Shown here: piece after piece, positions 38,993 through 49,942 of the stretch
Layout of the letters: the number at the start of each line of letters is the position of its first letter
Numbering within the stretch: position 1 is the first letter of the stretch
From: an uncultured Bacilli bacterium
Lineage (GTDB): Bacteria; Bacillota_I; Bacilli_A; RF39; UBA660
Length of the DNA stretch: 64,000 bases
Assembly (NCBI GenBank): GCA_934086955.1
Contig: CAKOIN010000003.1
Coordinates: 71,271-135,270 of the forward strand
Direction of reading: 5' to 3'
Program-made: the position numbers and the translations under genes
Notes under the pieces: generated by a model
Told to the model about the DNA's origin: nothing
The model's database searches: none
What the model saw: the letters and a program-made list of their open reading frames with translations, nothing else

Positions 38993-39998
38993 GAGAATAG
39001 TTACTAATCATGAACTTGAAGCTGATACTTTTGAAAAGACGATTAGACCAGATTCTTTTGATGAATATATTGGACAAACTGATGTTAAAGAAAATATAAA
39101 GGTTTTTGTAAAGGCAGCTAAGATTAGAAATACTAATTTAGATCATGTACTTTTATATGGCCCTCCTGGTCTTGGAAAAACTACACTTGCTCATATTATT
39201 GCTAATGAACTTGGTAGTAATATTAAGACTGCTAGTGGACCTACTATTGAAAAAAGTGGTGATCTTGCTGCAATATTATCTACACTTGAACCAAATGATG
39301 TACTTTTTATAGATGAAATACATAGAATACCAAGATATATTGAAGAGATATTATATAGTGCTATGGAAGACTTTAAACTTGATATTATAATTGGCGGTGA
39401 AGGACAAAGTAGAAGTATTAAAATAGATCTTCCTCCTTTTACATTAGTTGGTGCTACTACAAGAGCTGGTGATTTATCTAGCCCTTTAAGAGATAGATTT
39501 GGTATTGTTTCTAAACTTGAATTTTATAGTAATGAAGAACTTGCATTAATTGTTAAAAGAACTGCAAGAGTACTAAATGTAGAAATAGATGATGAATCAG
39601 CATATGAAATAGCTATTAGAAGTAGAAAGACTCCTAGAATTGCTAATAGACTTTTAAAAAGAGTTAGTGATTTTGCTCTTGTTGAGAGTGATGGTAAAAT
39701 AAATATTGATGTAGTTAAAAAAGCATTATCAAGACTTAAAATTAATGATAATGGACTTGATAGTACTGATATTGAATATTTAATGAGTATTATTAATAAA
39801 TTCAATGGAGGACCAGTTGGTATTGAATCAATTGCTTCATCTATTGGTGAAGAAGCTACTACTATTGAAGATGTTATTGAACCATTCTTATTACAAGAAG
39901 GATATGTTAAAAGAACTGCAAGAGGTAGAATTGTTACTGAGAAAACCTATAGAGAATTTAAAATTAATACACAAAGAACACTATTTGATTTTGAATAG
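38985..39998 (+). CDS. ruvB: Holliday junction branch migration complex subunit RuvB
   Basis: Walker [10 protein letters not shown], Walker B DEIHR, 337 aa. Confidence 0.9.
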
Positions 39999-40023
39999 TG
40001 TTTTTATATTAATAAAAAAAGAA

Positions 40024-40884
40024 TTATTTCTTATATAATTCCTTTTTATAATTATCAATTACATCATTCATCATTGATATATAATCTTTATTATTATTTT
40101 TTTCTTCTTCTGTTATTGTAAACATACTTTTAATAGGTACTTTAACGATTGAATTTTCACTTATGAATTTTTCTTGTCTTTCATTTAATGTATCATCTTC
40201 TAAATAATAAACATATTGTATAGCTTTTGTACTAATTAATTTTTTAGCTTCTGCATATGCTTTATCTATTGTTTTATTATTTTCATCAAGTGATATTACA
40301 TTAATATTATATTTTGTTAAGTAATTAAATACATCATTTGTAGTAAGTATTGTTTTATAGTTACCATTTTTTCCTATATCATATAGGCTTACATCAAGTT
40401 CACTTACCATTTCATTTAAAGTTTTGTAATTATTTTCTATTTTTTCTTTTATATAAACATTATCATTATATTCTATAAGACCTGATTTAATATTACTACA
40501 TAGCATTAAGTAATTTGATGGGTTAAGCCACATACTTTCATTTTTTAAATCTCTACTCATTCCTTTTGTAGCATCTACAAGTTGTATATTATCATTTCTA
40601 TTATATAAATCTTTTGCTAAATATGCTTCTCCTGAAACACCACTATATATAAATATTTTTCCAGTAGAATATTTATCTTTCTTTTTTTCTGTAACTTTAT
40701 AATCACTTTTAGAACCATTTGGATAAACACTACTTACTTTTGCATAATCACTATAGAGTGCTGTTGTGGCATATTCAATTGGATAAGTTGTCACATATAT
40801 ATAACTATCACTAAAGTCATCATTTATGTTACAACCTGTTAAAAATAAAAAACAAACTAATAAAACACTAAATATTTTTTTCAT
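40024..40884 (-). CDS. lipoprotein, possibly a TroA/ZnuA-like solute-binding fold
   Basis: Lipobox LFLTG|C. No adjacent ABC permease or ATPase. Confidence 0.4.
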   Translation of the reverse strand: MKKIFSVLLVCFLFLTGCNINDDFSDSYIYVTTYPIEYATTALYSDYAKVSSVYPNGSKSDYKVTEKKKDKYSTGKIFIYSGVSGEAYLAKDLYNRNDNIQLVDATKGMSRDLKNESMWLNPSNYLMLCSNIKSGLIEYNDNVYIKEKIENNYKTLNEMVSELDVSLYDIGKNGNYKTILTTNDVFNYLTKYNINVISLDENNKTIDKAYAEAKKLISTKAIQYVYYLEDDTLNERQEKFISENSIVKVPIKSMFTITEEEKNNNKDYISMMNDVIDNYKKELYKK

Positions 40885-41101
40885 AATTTTCTCCCTTTGT
40901 AATTACAGGATCATATCCAATTTTTCCAAATGGATGACACCTGAGTATTCTTTTTATTCCTTTTAATATTCCTTTAATTCCATATATATTTATACATTCT
41001 TTCATATATTCACTACAAGTTGGTGTAAATCTACACATAGAGTGACAATGAAGAGGTGTTATTTGATATATATCAATTAACTTTATTAATATTTTTTTCA
41101 T
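40868..41101 (-). CDS. yidD: membrane protein insertion efficiency factor YidD
   Basis: 77 aa; [21 protein letters not shown] is the YidD signature. Confidence 0.8.
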   Translation of the reverse strand: MKKILIKLIDIYQITPLHCHSMCRFTPTCSEYMKECINIYGIKGILKGIKRILRCHPFGKIGYDPVITKGENYEKNI

Positions 41102-41188
41102 ATATCAATTATATAATAAATTGTTTTAAAAATAAATATAATTCTTATTAATTATATGTTATACTATACATATAAAATAGAGGTTGCT

Positions 41189-41536
41189 ATGAAATGTAGA
41201 TGTTATAAATGTGGAGCAAAATTAGTTAAAGATGCTAATTATTGTGGAGAATGTGGTAGTAAAATTGATAAAAATGAAAAAATAGAAGATGGTAATTGGA
41301 AATATTATTTATTAATTAATGCTATTTTAATATTTTGTGCATTTTTTTTACCATTTGGTAATAAATATATGTTACCAGCAGCTTTAGTGGTTTTAGTAAC
41401 TGCCAAAATAAAATATCCTAAAAATACTATTGTTTCCGTAGTTTTTTGGCTTGAATTAGTATCATATATAGTTTTAGTAATTTTTTTAGCAATTTTGATG
41501 GTAGCATGTATAAAATCTTGTACAAAATTAGTGTAG
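41189..41536 (+). CDS. zinc-ribbon domain membrane protein
   Basis: CYKCGAKL...YCGECG zinc ribbon followed by TM helices. ATG 41189 after an agagg RBS. Confidence 0.45.
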   Translation: MKCRCYKCGAKLVKDANYCGECGSKIDKNEKIEDGNWKYYLLINAILIFCAFFLPFGNKYMLPAALVVLVTAKIKYPKNTIVSVVFWLELVSYIVLVIFLAILMVACIKSCTKLV

Positions 41537-41543
41537 GTGTAGT

Positions 41544-42398
41544 ATGAAATATTGTATATATTGTGGGAATAAATTAAATAGTGAAAATAAATATTGTAAT
41601 AATTGTGGTAAAAGATTAAAGAAAAAACATACAAATAGAATAATTACTATTACTGTTTTTGTTGTTATAGGTGTTTTGATTCTACCAAGTCTTGTTAATG
41701 GTATTATTAAATATAAAAAATATAGAAATGAACAAGATAATTATTATAAAAATATTAGAAATATAGTACAAAATAATTTATATTCTGAGATTGTTAGTGA
41801 TAATTATAATTTACATCTTAATTCATCAGAAAACTGCATTAGGTGTGCTACTGATTGTGATGGTTCTTGTTTTAGTTATGAAAAAGATAAAAATTGTACG
41901 ATATTTGAATATACAGTTAATGATAGTGACTTAGAATATAAAGCTTACCTGGTAGAAAAAAAGACTAAAACTAGTAAAAGATATGCTTTCTTTAGTAGTC
42001 GCGCGGAAACTAATTTTTATAATAATATATTAGCAAGAGCTAAAAAAAATTTTAGTGAATTTAATATAGAATCTAAATTTGAATATTCTGTTTTAGATGA
42101 AGATGAAACTTCTAGTAGTGAATGTGGTATTGATTTATATACTTCCAAGACTTTTAAAAATGTTTTTGATGAAGAATTATATAACAAATTAGTTGCTTTT
42201 TCAAATGATAGAATTGGTAAGTGTGCTTTTGGTATTCATTTTGATGATGATAAAGAAATTTATTTTATGTATAAAAATAATAGTATAAATATATATAATA
42301 AAATTGATGATCGTTTTAGATTAAATGGAAAGGCTATTGAAACTGATAATATTACTTATGAAGAATTTATGTTGGAAGTAGGTAATAGAGGATGGTAA
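41544..42398 (+). CDS. zinc-ribbon domain membrane-anchored protein
   Basis: YCIYCGNKL...YCNNCG zinc ribbon, one TM helix, then a Cys-containing extracellular domain. Confidence 0.45.
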   Translation: MKYCIYCGNKLNSENKYCNNCGKRLKKKHTNRIITITVFVVIGVLILPSLVNGIIKYKKYRNEQDNYYKNIRNIVQNNLYSEIVSDNYNLHLNSSENCIRCATDCDGSCFSYEKDKNCTIFEYTVNDSDLEYKAYLVEKKTKTSKRYAFFSSRAETNFYNNILARAKKNFSEFNIESKFEYSVLDEDETSSSECGIDLYTSKTFKNVFDEELYNKLVAFSNDRIGKCAFGIHFDDDKEIYFMYKNNSINIYNKIDDRFRLNGKAIETDNITYEEFMLEVGNRGW

Positions 42399-43075
42399 AT
42401 ACTAATATACAGTTATATTCTATATGTATTATATTATCTTTTATAGTAAATGCTGTTATTATATTTTTATTAAACAAAAGACAAGAAAAATATGTTGGTT
42501 ATATGCTTATATATGAAAACATTGGATTTATATATGGTGGAAAGTTATTTACTTATTTAACTAATCTAGATAAATATGATAGTTTTGATTTTCTTAATAT
42601 TGGTTTTTCTTCATTAGGAAGTTTAATTGGAGGATTGTTATTTTTATTATTGTTTTGTATTCAATTTAAAAAAGATATTAAAAAGACTATGAAGATGTTT
42701 ATAATAACTATTCCTCTTATGTATTCAATTGGTAAAATAGGTTGTTTTTTAGTAGGCTGTTGTTATGGTATAGAATATAATGGTATTGGAAATATCGTTT
42801 ATAAATATGCTAGTGAAAGTATAAATGGAATTCATTTATTTCCAATACAGTTAGTTGAAAGTATAGTGTTTTTAATAATATTTATTTTATCTATTACTCG
42901 AAAATATAATACAAATTTCATTATATTGATTTCTTCTTTTTCTAAATTTATACTTGATTTTTTAAGAAGTGGTCATACTAATACTTTTATTAGTGTAAAT
43001 CAACTGGTATGTTTAATATTTATTATAGTAAGTATTATTATGATAAGGAAAAATAATAATGTAATTTATGATTAA
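42392..43075 (+). CDS. Lgt-like multi-TM membrane protein (paralog-type, GKIGCFLVGCCYG motif)
   Basis: 227 aa, 6-7 TM helices. The G.IGCF..GCCYG motif resembles the conserved Lgt-family segment. Tentative. Confidence 0.35.
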   Translation: MVNTNIQLYSICIILSFIVNAVIIFLLNKRQEKYVGYMLIYENIGFIYGGKLFTYLTNLDKYDSFDFLNIGFSSLGSLIGGLLFLLLFCIQFKKDIKKTMKMFIITIPLMYSIGKIGCFLVGCCYGIEYNGIGNIVYKYASESINGIHLFPIQLVESIVFLIIFILSITRKYNTNFIILISSFSKFILDFLRSGHTNTFISVNQLVCLIFIIVSIIMIRKNNNVIYD

Positions 43076-43093
43076 TTATGTTATAATTTTATT

Positions 43094-43750
43094 GTGATTG
43101 ATATGGAAAATATATTTAAAAAATTTAATATTGTAATAAAGAATACTGCACTTTTAAAAGTTGCACTTACTCATTCTAGTTATTCTAATGAGCATAATGA
43201 AGAAAGTTATGAGAGATTGGAATATCTTGGAGATGCAGTTCTTGAAATTGTATGTAGTGATTATTTATATAATAATACAGATTATCCAGAAGGTGAAATG
43301 AGTAGACTTAGAAGTCTTTATGTATGTGAAAATGCTTTATATGAGTATTCAAAGGAAATTAATTTAAAAGATTATATATTACTTGGTAATGGAATTGTTG
43401 AAGCTAATAAAACTATAATTGCTGATGTATTTGAAGCGGTTATTGCTGTTATATATTTAGAGCAAGGACTTGATACTGTTAAGCGATTATTTAATGAGTT
43501 AATTGTTCCATATATTAAGCATCATGATGACTTTTTAAAGGATTATAAGAGTTTATTACAAGAAAGTGTTCAAACTGTTAAAAAAAGTGTTACATATAAA
43601 TTAGTAGATGAAAGTGGACCTGCTCATCATAAAGAATTTAAAGTTGAAGTTATTATTGATAATTTAGTTTATGGAGTAGGTATTGGTAATTCTAAAAAAG
43701 AAGCTGAACAAAATGCAGCAAAAGAAGCTTATCAAAAAAGAGCTAAATAG
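43094..43750 (+). CDS. rnc: ribonuclease III
   Basis: RNase III signature ERLEYLGDAVLE and a C-terminal dsRBD. 218 aa. Confidence 0.85.
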   Translation: MIDMENIFKKFNIVIKNTALLKVALTHSSYSNEHNEESYERLEYLGDAVLEIVCSDYLYNNTDYPEGEMSRLRSLYVCENALYEYSKEINLKDYILLGNGIVEANKTIIADVFEAVIAVIYLEQGLDTVKRLFNELIVPYIKHHDDFLKDYKSLLQESVQTVKKSVTYKLVDESGPAHHKEFKVEVIIDNLVYGVGIGNSKKEAEQNAAKEAYQKRAK

Positions 43751-43756
43751 CTTTAA

Positions 43757-43790
43757 AACTGAATAATTTCTTTTTTATTCAGTTTTTTTA
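43757..43790 (+). terminator. rho-independent terminator after rnc
   Basis: aaactgaata-atttctttttt-attcagttt hairpin followed by ttttatg. Confidence 0.55.
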
Positions 43791-43833
43791 TGTTATAATT
43801 AATTAGTAATTAAAATAGAAGTGGTGAATAAAT

Positions 43834-46764
43834 ATGTACATTAAAAATATCAAACTACATGGATTTAAGAGTTTTGCTGATAAAATTGATATTGAACTTG
43901 ATCAATTTTTTACTGGTATAGTTGGACCTAATGGTTCGGGTAAAAGTAACATTGTAGATGCGATAAAATGGGTACTTGGAGAACAAAGTGTAAAGACACT
44001 TAGAGGTTCTAATAATATGACTGATGTTATATTTAGTGGTTCTTCTTCAAGACCAGCAGCTAATTATGCGGCTGTTACTCTTGTATTTGATAATAGTGAT
44101 AGAACTCTTAATATAGATTTTAATGAAGTTTCTGTTAAAAGAATTGTATATAAATCAGGAGAAAATGAATATTATTTAAATCAAGAAAGATGTAGACTTA
44201 AAGATATAACTGATTTATTTATGGATTCAAGAAGTAGTAAGGAATCATTTAATATTGTTCCTCAAAATAAGATAGATCAAATATTAAGTGAAAAACCAGA
44301 AGAAAGAAGAGTTATTTTTGAAGATGCAGCTGGTGTGCTTAAATATAAGAGAAGAAAAGAAGAAAGTTTATCTAAATTATCTAAAACTCATGATAATATT
44401 GAAAGAATTAATTTAATTATTAGAGAAAATAGTGAAAATTTAGAACCATTAAGTGTTGCAGCAAAAAAAGCAAGAGAATATAAAGATGCTTTAAGTGAAC
44501 TTGAAAGTGTTGAGATTGCTTTAATTGCTAAGGATATAAATACTTATAGTGAAGAAGTTGAAATTAAAAAAGATACTAAACTTAAAAGAGAGGAAGAACT
44601 TTCATTAATTGATACTGATAATACTAAAGATAGTACAGAAGTGGAAAAGATAAAATTAAGTATTCTTGATTTAGATAATAGGATTAAGGAAACTAGTACT
44701 AATATATTTAAAATAAATGAGAATTTAATTGAATTAAGTAATAAGAAAACATTATTAATGGAAAGAATTAAATATGATAAAGAATCTAATGAAGTACAAA
44801 ATAATTTAATTGTACTTAAAGATAGGGAGGGTTCTGTTAATAATTTAATATCATCTTTGAAATTTGATATTGGTAACTTAAAAAATAATAAGAACGATTT
44901 AGATACTAAAGTTAATGATAATAATTTTGTTTATAAAGAAGTTTTAAATGAAAGAGAAAAGGTTAATTTTGAGCTTAATAATGAAAGAAAAAAATTAATT
45001 GAAACTAAAAATAAGATTGATATACTTGAAAGTAATATTTCAAATATGAGTAAAATTCCTTATGCAGTTAAAGCTATTGTGGGAAATCCTACTTTAAGAG
45101 GTATTCATGATATTATAGCTAATGTTATAAGTACAGAAAGAGAATATTCAGTTATGCTTGATATAGCACTTGGAGCTAGTGCTAATAATATTATTACTAA
45201 TGATGAAGCTTGTGCTAAAGAAGCTATTGAATATTTAAAAAGTCATAATAAAGGAAGAGCTACTTTCTTTCCACTTAATGTTATAAAACCTAAGAGTATT
45301 GATCCTGAAACATTGAAATCAGTATCTAATATAGTTGGTTTTGTTGGTATTGCTAGTGATTTAGTTACTTATGATACTAAATATTATAATATTGTTATGA
45401 ATCAACTTGGTAATATTATTGTTGCTAAGGATATAACAACTGCTATACAAATATCTAAAAAAATAAATCATAGATATAGAGTAATATCATTAGATGGAGA
45501 AATAATCCATGTAGGTGGTATTATGACAGGTGGTAGTGTTAAAAGTAATAATTCATATATTACTGATAAATATGAGCTTGAAAGATTAAAAATAAGTATT
45601 GATAATATAAATAATAATATTAAAGAATTGGATATTAAACTTGATAATAAAGATAAAGAATTAGATATTATTAAAAATAAAAATTACAGTATTAATATTG
45701 AGATTATTAAAGTAAATGAAGAAATTAATAATAAAATTAATTTATTAAGAGAAAAAGTAAGTGAACTTGAAAGTATTAATAATGAAATAAAGAATTTAAC
45801 AGATGAAAGTTTAGATAATGAACTTAATAATATTATTAATGAGTATTATGAAAATGAAAAGTTAAAGAATGAGCAAGAAAAATTATTAGATAAATATAAT
45901 AATGATAAGAATGAATTAAATGTAAGTTTAAATGATTTAGAAACTGCGATTAAGAAATCTAATCAAGAATATATATCTTTAAAGAATGAAATAAGTAGTT
46001 TAGAGATTGATATTACTAAATTAAATATGAATTTAGATAATTTATTGAGTAGATTAAATGAAGACTATAACCTAGGTTATGAAAGGGCTAGAAGTGAATA
46101 TACTCTTGAAATAGAGGAAAGTGTAGCTAGAGAAAAGGTTAGCAATTTAAGAAGAAAGATTAAATCTCTTGGTGATGTTAATTTAGGTAGTATTGATGAA
46201 TATGATAGAATATATAAAAGAGTTACTTTTTTAACTAAACAAAAGGAAGATTTAGAAAAGAGTCAAAGTGATTTACTTAATATTATTGATGATATGGATA
46301 ATGTTATGAAAGATAAATTTGTTACATCATTTAATAATATTAATATTGAATTTGGTAAAGTATTTAAAACATTATTTAAAGGTGGTAGTGCTCATTTAGA
46401 ACTTACTGATCCAGATAATATACTTGAAACTGGTATTGATATTATTGCTGTACCTCCTGGAAAGAATAAGAAACCACTTAGTTTGCTTTCTGGTGGTGAA
46501 AGAACAATGACTGCGATTAGTTTATTATTCTCAATAATGAATCTTGAAAAAGTTCCATTTGTAATTCTTGATGAAGTTGAATCTGCACTTGATGAGAATA
46601 ATGCTACTATATTTGGAGAATATTTAGATAACTATAAAAATAAAACTCAATTACTTGTTATAACACATAAAAAGAAAACAATGGAATTCTTAGACAAACT
46701 ATATGGTATAACAATGCAAGAAAGTGGTGTAAGTAAAATAGTTAGTGTTAAATTAGAGGATTAA
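43834..46764 (+). CDS. smc: chromosome segregation protein SMC (short, Mollicutes-like 976-aa form)
   Basis: N-terminal Walker A GPNGSGKSN, long coiled coils, hinge, C-terminal LSGGERTMTAISLLF...ILDEVESALD. Confidence 0.85.
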   Translation: MYIKNIKLHGFKSFADKIDIELDQFFTGIVGPNGSGKSNIVDAIKWVLGEQSVKTLRGSNNMTDVIFSGSSSRPAANYAAVTLVFDNSDRTLNIDFNEVSVKRIVYKSGENEYYLNQERCRLKDITDLFMDSRSSKESFNIVPQNKIDQILSEKPEERRVIFEDAAGVLKYKRRKEESLSKLSKTHDNIERINLIIRENSENLEPLSVAAKKAREYKDALSELESVEIALIAKDINTYSEEVEIKKDTKLKREEELSLIDTDNTKDSTEVEKIKLSILDLDNRIKETSTNIFKINENLIELSNKKTLLMERIKYDKESNEVQNNLIVLKDREGSVNNLISSLKFDIGNLKNNKNDLDTKVNDNNFVYKEVLNEREKVNFELNNERKKLIETKNKIDILESNISNMSKIPYAVKAIVGNPTLRGIHDIIANVISTEREYSVMLDIALGASANNIITNDEACAKEAIEYLKSHNKGRATFFPLNVIKPKSIDPETLKSVSNIVGFVGIASDLVTYDTKYYNIVMNQLGNIIVAKDITTAIQISKKINHRYRVISLDGEIIHVGGIMTGGSVKSNNSYITDKYELERLKISIDNINNNIKELDIKLDNKDKELDIIKNKNYSINIEIIKVNEEINNKINLLREKVSELESINNEIKNLTDESLDNELNNIINEYYENEKLKNEQEKLLDKYNNDKNELNVSLNDLETAIKKSNQEYISLKNEISSLEIDITKLNMNLDNLLSRLNEDYNLGYERARSEYTLEIEESVAREKVSNLRRKIKSLGDVNLGSIDEYDRIYKRVTFLTKQKEDLEKSQSDLLNIIDDMDNVMKDKFVTSFNNINIEFGKVFKTLFKGGSAHLELTDPDNILETGIDIIAVPPGKNKKPLSLLSGGERTMTAISLLFSIMNLEKVPFVILDEVESALDENNATIFGEYLDNYKNKTQLLVITHKKKTMEFLDKLYGITMQESGVSKIVSVKLED

Positions 46765-46767
46765 GTC

Positions 46768-46795
46768 CTCTTTTTTATTGCAATAAAAAAGATAT
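46768..46795. terminator. bidirectional terminator between smc (+) and the convergent gene
   Basis: tctttttta-ttgca-ataaaaaaga hairpin. Confidence 0.5.
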
Positions 46796-47709
46796 TATCG
46801 AGTAATACCTTTTTCTTTTAAAATACTTTCTAATTCATTATAATTTTTATATCCAAGTATTTCATCATCTTTATTTTTATCAATAATAATTAATGTACAG
46901 AAATCATTAACAGCACTCATTTGATATGTATTTTCTAAATATTTAATATCTGCTTCAGTTAAATTTTCATAATCTAACCAAGTAAGTTCAATTCTATTTC
47001 TTTCTGTTAGTGATGAAATATCTGTTTTATATTCTGAATAGCTTTTTGCATCTTTTTTTGCTATAACTAATAATAATTTATTTTCACTTTCTAATTTTCT
47101 ATTTAATTCTTTTAATGAATCTGATAAATCTTCTTCATTAGGTGTATCTGGAGGAGTAGGTGTATTATTATCTAAATTATCAATAACTACTTTATTTAAA
47201 TTAATTCTTACTTTAGTAACTGTTCCTTCATCATTTATTCCTAAACCTTGTAATACATTTGTGTTATAGAAATAATCAAATTGATAATTCTTAAATATTT
47301 CTCCTTCTTGATGTCCATTTTTAACAGCAAGTGCATCTATCATAAATCTTGCTACACTAATACTAATATCTTTATCTGCTGAAGTGTTTCCATATTCCAT
47401 AGTAATTGTATCTTCACCAAGATAATCTTCATAAATAAAGTCATAAGAAGCATCTATTGTATCAGTTTTATATCTTACTGTAATTCTATCATCTTTTACT
47501 TTAGAATTAATATCTATTCCAGATTCTCTATATCTTTGAATAGTACTTAATTTATTAAAAGCATCATTTGCTGGTTTTAATTGTTTTCTTATTTTGCCAT
47601 AAGTACCAACACCATTCATATAGAGGATAACTCCTGCGACTGCCATTCCTAATGCAATTATCCATATAACACCCCAAAATATTAACCTTATTTTATTCTC
47701 TTTTTTCAT
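46795..47709 (-). CDS. hypothetical membrane-anchored protein
   Basis: 304 aa with an N-terminal TM helix. No family recognised. Confidence 0.4.
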   Translation of the reverse strand: MKKENKIRLIFWGVIWIIALGMAVAGVILYMNGVGTYGKIRKQLKPANDAFNKLSTIQRYRESGIDINSKVKDDRITVRYKTDTIDASYDFIYEDYLGEDTITMEYGNTSADKDISISVARFMIDALAVKNGHQEGEIFKNYQFDYFYNTNVLQGLGINDEGTVTKVRINLNKVVIDNLDNNTPTPPDTPNEEDLSDSLKELNRKLESENKLLLVIAKKDAKSYSEYKTDISSLTERNRIELTWLDYENLTEADIKYLENTYQMSAVNDFCTLIIIDKNKDDEILGYKNYNELESILKEKGITR

Positions 47710-47782
47710 ACTTATTTTTCTCCTATGATAATTATAAGATAATAAGTTAAAAAAGTAAATATTAAAAAAGAAAAAAGAACTA

Positions 47783-48382
47783 TTATATAGCTCTCATGTT
47801 CTCTTGATTTTTAAATGGATTTTTTGGATCAATTTTATCTACAAACATAATTCCGTTTAAATGATCTATTTCATGTTGAAATGCAACTGCTATTTCTTCT
47901 CTAACTCTTTTAATTACTTCATTTCCTTCTTCATCATAGAATTTAACAGTTATTCTAGCAAATCTTGGTACTATACCTTCAACATATCTATTTACACTTA
48001 GGCATCCTTCTCCTTCTTCAACATAAATAAGTTCTTCTGAATTAGATATTATTTCTGGATTAATGACTCTATATTCTTCAAAAGTACCATCATCATTTTT
48101 ATAAGAAATAACAAAGAATCTTTTAAGTACTCCGAGTTGCACTGCTGCAAGACCCATACCAGCTCTAATATTATTTTTACTAGCATATTCTTCATCTTGA
48201 CTTAATCTTAAATACATAATCATATCATTTATTAAAAATTTATCTTCTTCACTTAATGGAAAAGTTACTTTTTTACTTTTTTGTCTTAGTATTTTAGACT
48301 TTTTTTCATCTAATATATCACTTTGTTTGAACATACTTCTTTCCTCCGAACATATTTTATCAAAAATGGTTAATAATTTCAA
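47783..48382 (-). CDS. def: peptide deformylase
   Basis: GMGLAAVQLG, EGCLSV and HEIDHLNG motifs. Confidence 0.85.
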   Translation of the reverse strand: MKLLTIFDKICSEERSMFKQSDILDEKKSKILRQKSKKVTFPLSEEDKFLINDMIMYLRLSQDEEYASKNNIRAGMGLAAVQLGVLKRFFVISYKNDDGTFEEYRVINPEIISNSEELIYVEEGEGCLSVNRYVEGIVPRFARITVKFYDEEGNEVIKRVREEIAVAFQHEIDHLNGIMFVDKIDPKNPFKNQENMRAI

Positions 48383-48450
48383 ATTTTATTGAAAAAAATG
48401 ATTAATAATTATATAATTGTTATAGATTAGGAAAGTAGGAATTGGTCTAT

Positions 48451-49935
48451 ATGAATAAAATTAGTTTAAAGATTTTATTATCCAGTATTGGTATTATTAT
48501 TATTTTAGCTCTTATGTGTACTGCTACTTATGCATATTTTACTTTGGAAGTTGAAGGAAGTGGAACTGATATTTCTATGACAACCTTTAATAAAAATATG
48601 CAGGTAACATATACTGATACAAGTAATGTAACATTGGTTAATGCATATACAGGAAGCTCTATAAGTAAAACTTTTACAGTAGAAAATACAGGAGATGTTG
48701 ATGTATATTACAATGTAACACTTGAAGATGTTGTTAATAATTTTGAGGTACCTGAAGAACTTGTTTATAATATTGTTGAAACTGGTGGTTCTGTTTTTAA
48801 AAATGATACTGTTATTCCTACTAGTGATGAAGTAATTGTATCTGACATTAAAATAGCAAAAGGTGAAACTCATTATTATGTAATGAAAATAACTTTTTTA
48901 GAAAAAACATATGATCAATCTTACAATATGAATAAAACATTTTCTTCTAAAATAAATATATTACCAAGTGAAAAGTATAGTGAATTTACTAAACTTAGTA
49001 ATAATACATTATCTTATAAAATAATTAATTCTAATGCTAGTAGTTCTAATAATTTAAAATATAATACTACTAATGGAGAAGGTTTATATTTTACTAATAA
49101 TGCTACTAATGGTACTAAAATATATTTTTATAGAGGAAGTAATGCTTTAAATAATAATGTGTCTTTTGGAGGATTTTGTTGGAAAGTAGTTAGAACTACT
49201 GAGGATATTGGTGTAAGATTAATATATAATGGAGTTTTAAATAATGGAGAGTGTAGTAATACTACTGGTAGTAATTCTATAATAGATTCTACTGCTTTTA
49301 ATGATAATTCTAATTATAATGCTTATGTTGGTTATATGTATGGTAGCCCTAATAGTACTAATTATATAGATGAACATAAGAATGATAATAATAGTAAGAT
49401 TAAGACTTTACTTGAAAGTTGGTATGCTAGTAATTTAACTAATTATGGAAGTTATATAGAAGATTCAGTGTATTGTAATAATAGAAAATCAGTAGCATTT
49501 ACAATAAATAGTGTTACATATTCTAAATCTGGTTATGGTAATTTAAATACAGGTTATCAATCTAAAATGAATATTAATATTAATTCTATTCCATCTTATG
49601 AATGTTATAATGAAAAGGATAAATTTACTGTTAAAAAATCTACTAATATTTATCCAATCGGATTATTAACTGCAGAAGAGGCTATGTTTGCTGGTTTAAA
49701 TGAAAGTTCTAGTTTAACCAATAATTATTTATATTCTGCTAATACTTATTGGACAATGAGTCCTGCATATTATAATGGTACTAATGCATATAATTATGTA
49801 GTACAAAATGGTAAGCTTAATACTATTACTACTAATAGTAATGCTGATGTAAGACCTGTAATAACACTTAAAAGTGATGCAAAAGTATTAAGTGGAGATG
49901 GAAGTTTAACTAGTCCATATAAAATAACAGAGTAG
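48451..49935 (+). CDS. TasA/camelysin-like (peptidase M73 family) protein with SipW-cognate-type signal peptide and a long C-terminal extension
   Basis: Signal ...LALMCTATYAYFT, then GTDISMTT...SISKTFTVENTGDVDVYY (compare TasA GTLDLS...KLTKDFQFENNGSLAI). 495 aa. Confidence 0.55.
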   Translation: MNKISLKILLSSIGIIIILALMCTATYAYFTLEVEGSGTDISMTTFNKNMQVTYTDTSNVTLVNAYTGSSISKTFTVENTGDVDVYYNVTLEDVVNNFEVPEELVYNIVETGGSVFKNDTVIPTSDEVIVSDIKIAKGETHYYVMKITFLEKTYDQSYNMNKTFSSKINILPSEKYSEFTKLSNNTLSYKIINSNASSSNNLKYNTTNGEGLYFTNNATNGTKIYFYRGSNALNNNVSFGGFCWKVVRTTEDIGVRLIYNGVLNNGECSNTTGSNSIIDSTAFNDNSNYNAYVGYMYGSPNSTNYIDEHKNDNNSKIKTLLESWYASNLTNYGSYIEDSVYCNNRKSVAFTINSVTYSKSGYGNLNTGYQSKMNININSIPSYECYNEKDKFTVKKSTNIYPIGLLTAEEAMFAGLNESSSLTNNYLYSANTYWTMSPAYYNGTNAYNYVVQNGKLNTITTNSNADVRPVITLKSDAKVLSGDGSLTSPYKITE

Positions 49936-49942
49936 GTGAAAA

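Noticed and set aside
39524-40038. ORFs overlapping ruvB (39524-39805 minus strand; 39805-40038 plus strand)
   Set aside because: Both lie inside or overlap ruvB, have no motifs, and show Leu-rich chance composition.
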